Of a stretch of DNA of 64,000 nucleotides, positions 59,182 to 64,000 are shown piece after piece (positions within the stretch are counted from its first letter, which is position 1; each line of letters begins with the position of its first letter). The notes under the pieces are model-generated. The model did no database searches and had not been told where the DNA came from. It saw only the letters and a program-made list of their open reading frames with translations. The DNA comes from an uncultured Gammaproteobacteria bacterium (GTDB lineage Bacteria; Patescibacteriota; Microgenomatia; UBA1406; HO2-37-13b). The stretch spans positions 26,808 through 90,807 of the forward strand of contig CAYYYW010000001.1 in assembly GCA_964476245.1 (NCBI GenBank). Reading direction: 5' to 3'. Position numbers and translations under genes: made by a program.

Positions 59182-59661
59182 CTAACATTTAAGTTTCAAA
59201 ACCGCCTCTTCCATTGTCTCAATAATTTGATTAATAATCTTTTCTGCCTCGGTAAATGTTAACGATTTTAAATTATGAGGAAAATAATGAAAAACTTGAT
59301 TACGGCCAGTCTTCCAAGTATTCCAGATTTTTTCGGCTAACTCGCTTCCGGTAAAATCAACAATCTTTTTGTAGACGGAACGGTCACCCAATTTCTCCAC
59401 TAAATTTGGGGATAAGACTTTTCCCAGCCGAAAATGATCGGAAATGTAATCCAAACGACTAATAAAATCAATGTCTAAAAAAATCTTTTTTAAAAAACCC
59501 TCATAAGCCTTGGCAAAAGGAAAAACCAAAAATGAATAGTCTTTAAAATTGTACTTACCTTCTTTGATTATTTTATCCATTAAAAACTGCCCCTCCAAAA
59601 TCAAATCTTTTTGAGATTGGGAGAGGTACTGCCAAAGACCGGAGTTAAGATTGATATCCAT
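59182..59661 (-). CDS. Hypothetical protein, 159 aa, with a possible HEPN-like Rx4H motif
   Basis: ATG at 59661 (MDINLNSG...); the track start is TTG. GRNQVFH near the C-terminal third fits Rx4-6H. Otherwise no motif. Confidence 0.4.
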   Translation of the reverse strand: MDINLNSGLWQYLSQSQKDLILEGQFLMDKIIKEGKYNFKDYSFLVFPFAKAYEGFLKKIFLDIDFISRLDYISDHFRLGKVLSPNLVEKLGDRSVYKKIVDFTGSELAEKIWNTWKTGRNQVFHYFPHNLKSLTFTEAEKIINQIIETMEEAVLKLKC

Positions 59662-59735
59662 AAAACAATTAATTATAAACAAAAAGATTAAAATATTTCT
59701 ATACTTGAAAAAAAAATTCTGATATAATTTCCTCT

Positions 59736-60419
59736 ATGAAAACTATTTTTGATCTTATTAATAAAAATGTTTCTCTCTCCAATTTGTCAAGTCTTTTTCT
59801 AAGAAAAAAAGAAAAAGCCAAAAAAGACAAACCTTTGATCACCATTTCGCGAGAAACGGGATCGGGTGGGCGGCCCATTGCCGAATTGGTAGTCAAAAAA
59901 TTAGGCAAGCGATGGAAACTTTATCATAAAGACTTAATTGATAAAATAGCTAAAGAATCCCAGTTGGAAAAAAAATTAATTGAGGAGATTGATGAAAAAA
60001 AGCGCTCAACTATTGAAGAAATAATCCTTGATCTTTTTGGTAAAAAATATGTTTCTCTTACCACCTATTACAAAAGCCTTGTCCGGGTATTGACGGAAAT
60101 TGGGCAACGAGGACACGGAGTAATTGTTGGTCGCGGTGCCAACTTCCTTTTTCCTCACGCTCTTAATGTAAGAATTATTTGTAAAATGGAACAAAGAATT
60201 AAATGGGAAATGGAATATGAAAAGATTTCAAAAAAAGAAGCAATAAGAAGAATTGATCTGTCTGATCAAGAACGAAGAGAGTTTGCCCAGACTCTTTTTT
60301 ATCACGATCAAAAAAAGGCTCATCATTACGATATGGTTATTCGTACCGGGCCGGAACTTGACATTGAGATAGCGGCTGATCTGATTGTCGCGGCGGCGAA
60401 GAAGAGGTTTAGGGTGTGA
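59736..60419 (+). CDS. Cytidylate kinase-like family protein
   Basis: 227 aa. ITISRETGSGGRPIAELVVKKLG is the characteristic N-terminal P-loop variant of the CMK-like family. Confidence 0.6.
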   Translation: MKTIFDLINKNVSLSNLSSLFLRKKEKAKKDKPLITISRETGSGGRPIAELVVKKLGKRWKLYHKDLIDKIAKESQLEKKLIEEIDEKKRSTIEEIILDLFGKKYVSLTTYYKSLVRVLTEIGQRGHGVIVGRGANFLFPHALNVRIICKMEQRIKWEMEYEKISKKEAIRRIDLSDQERREFAQTLFYHDQKKAHHYDMVIRTGPELDIEIAADLIVAAAKKRFRV

Positions 60420-60422
60420 TTT

Positions 60423-61503
60423 TTATTTTTCATCTAGATAAACATGAAGACCGACCGCTAGTCTTTGCTGACATTGTGAACATCTATTAATTTCGTCTAA
60501 ATTATATAATGTTACCTTATCTCTAGTGTGTTTTGAATGATATAGTGCCCTGTCTGCGTTGTTAATCAAGATATCTAAAGTTGTTAATGCGGGACTGATT
60601 TCAGCCACGCCGAGACTTAAAGTAAGATGTGTTTGTTGACCGTCAACCGTAATGCTTACCCCGAAATTCTCCTCAGTTTCCTTAATTAAATTTCTTATCC
60701 TCTCGGCTATTTGTTCTGCCGTCTTTCTATCAACCCGCGCTAAAATAATAAATTCATCCCCCCCCGTATCTAGCAAACAAATCATCTTCCTTCATTGTTG
60801 AACTAATTATTGCCGTGATTCTTTTTAAAATTTTATCTCCTACAGGATGACCCCATTTATCGTTCGCTGATTTGAAATGGTCAATGTCAAACATTATTAA
60901 AGACAGAGGTAAACCATTCGTTTGCGCTTCTTCAAAAATTTCTTGGCCTTTTGCTTGAAAATACCTTCGATTATACAAATTTGTGAGAGAATCACGATTC
61001 GCCTCATATTCCAACCTTTTTTTCTCTTTCTCCTGCAGAGTCACGTCTTCTAGAAAACCAAAGATAAGTTTTATCCCGCTCTTTGGGTTTCCCCTTTTAT
61101 TGTATACAACATATGCGGCTGTATCGCTTGCCCAAAAAGTAGTTCCGTCGGTTTTTTTCAATTGCACTACAAAAGGTAACAGATTGCCGCTTTCAGAAAC
61201 CCGCTGTAACCACCCAACACGATCATTAGAATGTAGATATAATTCATCTCTCCTGTAAAAATCTTCAAGCTCCCTAAGTGACTTGCAACCAAACATTTCC
61301 GTAAAAACACTATTTGCGAAAATTACTTCATGGTTCTGAAGATCTGTACAATAAACTCCTATGGGAAAATTATCTAAAATCGGAGCAAACAATCCCATAA
61401 AAATATCAGGCCGCCTCCTGGCAATTGCCATCATGCCCTGCGAAATGAAAGACAATGTTCTGTCTTTAAGCCGATGTCTTTCAAGTGTATTTACTTCCTT
61501 CAT
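60423..61503 (-). pseudogene. PAS-GGDEF diguanylate cyclase disrupted by a +1 frameshift in a G8 (C8 on the + strand) tract inside the GGDEF motif
   Basis: ORF 60754..61503 ends ...DLFARYGGG*, and ORF 60423..60785 continues ...GGDEFIILARV in another frame. The C-run at 60758..60765 is 8 nt; 7 nt would read Y-G-G-D-E-F continuously. Confidence 0.7.
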
Positions 61504-61667
61504 AAAAAGCAGATTTTACAACACAATGTTAAATTCTTCAATAACAACACAATCTAACAGCTTAATTATAACTTCTTTAACTTTTTATGAAAGGTTCAAA
61601 TTTACCAGGCGATCACGGGTCAAATTTAGACTTAAGTTACTTTCTTGCATCGCTTTCTAATTTCTCC

Positions 61668-61696
61668 TTGTAAAAAATTATTTTTTGTTTTATATT
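61668..61696 (+). promoter_or_regulatory. Sigma70-like promoter for glyA
   Basis: TTGTAA (61668..61673), 17-nt spacer, TATATT (61691..61696). Confidence 0.45.
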
Positions 61697-61710
61697 AACA
61701 TGAGATTAAA

Positions 61711-63120
61711 ATGAAAGATACAAAAATTTACAACCTAATCAAAAAGGAAGAAAAAAGGCAAAAGGAAGGAATTGAACTGATTCCTTCGGAGAATTATGCC
61801 TCGGCCAATGTGCGAAAAGTTTTATCTTCGGTTTTTGTCAATAAATATTCAGAAGGATATCCGGGAAAAAGATATTATGGTGGCAATGAAGTAGTTGATG
61901 AAATGGAACGATTGGCCCAAGAAAGGGTAAAAAAGTTATTCGGCGTTCCTTTTGCCAATGTCCAACCTTACTCTGGCTCACCGGCTAATTTAGCTGTCTA
62001 TCTTGCCACTTGTCAACCCGGCGATGTCATTATGGGCCAAGCCTTAACCGCCGGCGGTCATTTAACTCACGGACACAAGGTCTCGGCAACGGGGATATTT
62101 TATAAGAGTGTACAATATAGTTTGAAAAACATCGCGGTAGGTGGCAGGTTTAGAAGGGCTCCCGACAGCGCGCAGTTAAAACGAGCACTGACGGGAAGGA
62201 AAAACATGACAGAATCTACCGCGATCGCCAATGATCTTTTTGATTACGACGAAATTCTTCGATTGGCTAAAGAATATCGACCACGCCTCATCTGGGTTGG
62301 GGCCACCGCTTATCCTTTAAAATTCAACTATGAAAAATTTGCGAAAATCGCCGACGAAGTTGGCGCATACTTAGCCGCAGACATTGCTCACGTGGCCGGA
62401 TTGATTGCCGGCGGCGCTCATCCCTCCCCCGTTCCCCACGTCCACATTGTCACCACCACCACTCACAAAACCCTGCGGGGGCCTCGAGGAGCCTTGATTA
62501 TGGTAACAAAAAAAGGGTTAATAAAAGACCCGGAGCTCGCTGAAAAAATCAACAAAGCAGTCTTCCCGGGTCTTCAAGGAGGACCACATGATAATCAGAC
62601 GGCCGCCATAGCCATGGCTTTATATGAGGCGGCGCAACCCTCATTTAAACATTACGCTCAACAAATTGTTAAAAATGCTAAAGCGTTAGCTAAGGTTTTA
62701 ACCGAAGGCGAGTTATATCTCGTGGGCGGCGGCAGCGAAAACCATTTAATTTTAGTTGATCTCTCCTCTACTCACGGACCAGGAGCCGGTGTTTTTGCCC
62801 AAAAGGCTTTAGACTTTGTAGGATTAACCCTCAATAAAAACACGGTTCCCGGCGAACCATTTTCACCTTTTTATCCGTCTGGAATTAGACTCGGGACGCC
62901 GGCGGCCACCACCAGAGGCATGAAGGAAAAAGAAATGAAATTTATCGGAGAAACAATTCTTAAAGTTTTAAATCTGATCAAATGCTACCACCTACCCCCA
63001 AATAAGGATACTAGGAGGGAGTATATTAAGACGTTTGAAAAAAAGATGAAGATGAATGAACAAATCAAGAAATTGAGAAATGAAGTAAAGAAATTGGCGG
63101 TCAAATTCCCAATTCCCTGA
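61711..63120 (+). CDS. glyA: Serine hydroxymethyltransferase
   Basis: 469 aa with LIPSENYAS...YSEGYPGKRYYGG...TTTTHKTLRGPRG (PLP-binding Lys). Contains element 62131..62225 in a surface-loop position ahead of the conserved DYDE segment. Confidence 0.95.
   Translation: MKDTKIYNLIKKEEKRQKEGIELIPSENYASANVRKVLSSVFVNKYSEGYPGKRYYGGNEVVDEMERLAQERVKKLFGVPFANVQPYSGSPANLAVYLATCQPGDVIMGQALTAGGHLTHGHKVSATGIFYKSVQYSLKNIAVGGRFRRAPDSAQLKRALTGRKNMTESTAIANDLFDYDEILRLAKEYRPRLIWVGATAYPLKFNYEKFAKIADEVGAYLAADIAHVAGLIAGGAHPSPVPHVHIVTTTTHKTLRGPRGALIMVTKKGLIKDPELAEKINKAVFPGLQGGPHDNQTAAIAMALYEAAQPSFKHYAQQIVKNAKALAKVLTEGELYLVGGGSENHLILVDLSSTHGPGAGVFAQKALDFVGLTLNKNTVPGEPFSPFYPSGIRLGTPAATTRGMKEKEMKFIGETILKVLNLIKCYHLPPNKDTRREYIKTFEKKMKMNEQIKKLRNEVKKLAVKFPIP
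62131..62225. repeat. Roughly 95-bp GC-rich palindromic element in frame in glyA
   Basis: ATCGCGGTAGgtggcaggtttagaagggctcccgacagcgcgcagtt...gacagaatCTACCGCGAT, with perfect 10-bp inverted termini. Translated as IAVGGRFRRAPDSAQLKRALTGRKNMTESTAIA. Confidence 0.8.
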
Positions 63121-63161
63121 TGATAAGTAAACCTTAATGGCAAGCTTTCTTCTCTAAACTT

Positions 63162-63182
63162 CGATGAATCGATTCATTGGAG
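63162..63182. repeat. 21-mer CGATGAATCGATTCATTGGAG (copy 1)
   Basis: Contains the palindrome ATGAATCGATTCAT. Lies 105 nt upstream of the TrpR-like gene. Confidence 0.7.
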
Positions 63183-63286
63183 TTGATCTTTCAAGAGTTT
63201 TTAGCTATTTTAACAACCCAAATCTATCAAAATGTTGTCTATAGTCCGTTGAAATTAAAACTAAGCTGCTTTATCCTTTCTCAACA

Positions 63287-63727
63287 ATGCCACAAGTTTC
63301 AAAAAGATATATTCCAGAAGAAAAATTAAGAAGAATTTTTGATTTATTTTTTAATTTAATTGTCAGTCTAAAAGATAAAAGTGAGGCCAAAAATGTTTTA
63401 GCTGAATTCTTAACACCAACCGAAAAAGTCATGATTGCTAAACGCATCGCTTGTTTTTATCTTATATTTAAAAAAGTCCCCGCGTGTCAAATTGCTAATT
63501 CAATTAAATTATCAGTGTCAACCATAACTCATCTTACTTATGTTTTTGAAAATTCAAAAGAGATAAAAGATTTCTTAACAAAAAGATTAACCCGGGAGAA
63601 AATTAAAAATTTTCTTGAAGATGTCTTTGTGGAATTTTTCTATGGAATGCCAAGAAAAGGTTCTGATTGGAGATCTAATAAAAAAACCTACTTCCGGCAT
63701 AAACTCCGCCGCCAACAACCTATCTAA
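63287..63727 (+). CDS. TrpR-like / YerC-YecD family DNA-binding protein
   Basis: 146 aa with LTPTEKVMIAKRIA...IANSIKLSVSTITH, an HTH of the Trp-repressor-like family. Confidence 0.6.
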   Translation: MPQVSKRYIPEEKLRRIFDLFFNLIVSLKDKSEAKNVLAEFLTPTEKVMIAKRIACFYLIFKKVPACQIANSIKLSVSTITHLTYVFENSKEIKDFLTKRLTREKIKNFLEDVFVEFFYGMPRKGSDWRSNKKTYFRHKLRRQQPI

Positions 63728-63744
63728 TATCTCCCTCGATTAAA

Positions 63745-63768
63745 CTCCAATCAATCGATTCATTGGAG
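63745..63768. repeat. CTCCAATCAATCGATTCATTGGAG (copy 2, near-perfect 24-bp palindrome)
   Basis: Immediately downstream of the TrpR-like stop codon. Confidence 0.7.
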
Positions 63769-63819
63769 TTTGTCCCTGTCATGTAACGTGTGCTCCTCCC
63801 TCATGACGCTAAATGTTTA

Positions 63820-63840
63820 CGATGAATCGATTCATTGGAG
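63820..63840. repeat. 21-mer CGATGAATCGATTCATTGGAG (copy 3, identical to copy 1)
   Basis: Exact 21/21 match to 63162..63182. Confidence 0.75.
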
Positions 63841-64000
63841 ATGAGGTAGAAGAAATTGTCTTGACTAACTGAAAAAACAGACTGAAGTTAATAAATTATG
63901 CATAAATAAATAATCCTTTTAGTATAATAAAAGTATGTTTGATCTTAGTGAGTTTCAGGAGTTGTCGCCCTTACCACATCGTCTTCATATAGACAGATTA

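Noticed and set aside
61504-61710. Riboswitch (glycine, THF or similar) upstream of glyA
   Set aside because: The leader is AT-rich with no recognisable conserved riboswitch core. It contains only a promoter-like TTGTAA/TATATT pair and a degenerate TACCA..CGATCACGG repeat copy.
63935-64000. Possible start of a + strand CDS (ATG at 63935, MFDLSEFQELSPLPHRLHIDRL...) running off the window
   Set aside because: Only 22 codons are visible, with no motif and no clear RBS. That is not enough to call a feature.

Overview
This is a gene-dense, low-GC bacterial chromosome segment. From gene content alone it looks like a Candidate Phyla Radiation / Patescibacteria (Microgenomates-like) genome; that lineage call is inference. 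I support about 60 CDS and 4 tRNAs: Leu-CAG, Ser-GCT, Arg-CCT and Gln-CTG. I found no rRNA, CRISPR array, integrase or transposase. The standard genetic code is in use, because TGA, TAA and TAG all terminate conserved genes.

Recognisable content:
- Envelope and surface: a four-gene GT4 glycosyltransferase block with ATGA-overlapped junctions, tagA-like, mreB, a sortase, a PEGA/beta-propeller protein and a prepilin peptidase.
- Translation and C1 metabolism: pth, leuS, glyA.
- Nucleotide salvage, unusually well represented: a secreted SNase, DNPH1-like and NDT-like proteins, tmk, two long ndk paralogs and several P-loop kinases.
- A fused archaeal-type PPAT/DPCK.

Observations most worth a second look:
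1. Two paralogous wHTH + PaaX_C/Cas2-like genes sit next to tRNA genes. Each is bracketed by its own variant of a 32-39 bp nested palindrome (TACCAT...ATGGTA). The same palindrome is also inserted in frame in an M20 peptidase. This resembles a REPtron-like arrangement.
2. A GIY-YIG gene lies inside the termini of a GTCATTCC...GGAATGAC palindromic element family. Short copies of that family are inserted in frame in leuS and the prepilin peptidase.
3. Several further palindromic element families are inserted in frame in essential genes (glyA, leuS, tmk, pth, M16), similar to Rickettsia palindromic elements.
4. There is a duplicated module of a TasA-like substrate plus a SipW-type signal peptidase.
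5. A 2398-aa Kelch/FN3 surface protein is co-oriented with a MacB-type ABC transporter.
6. A roughly 1087-codon reading frame is split by a single in-frame TAG.
7. A diguanylate cyclase is frameshifted by a G8 tract inside its GGDEF motif.
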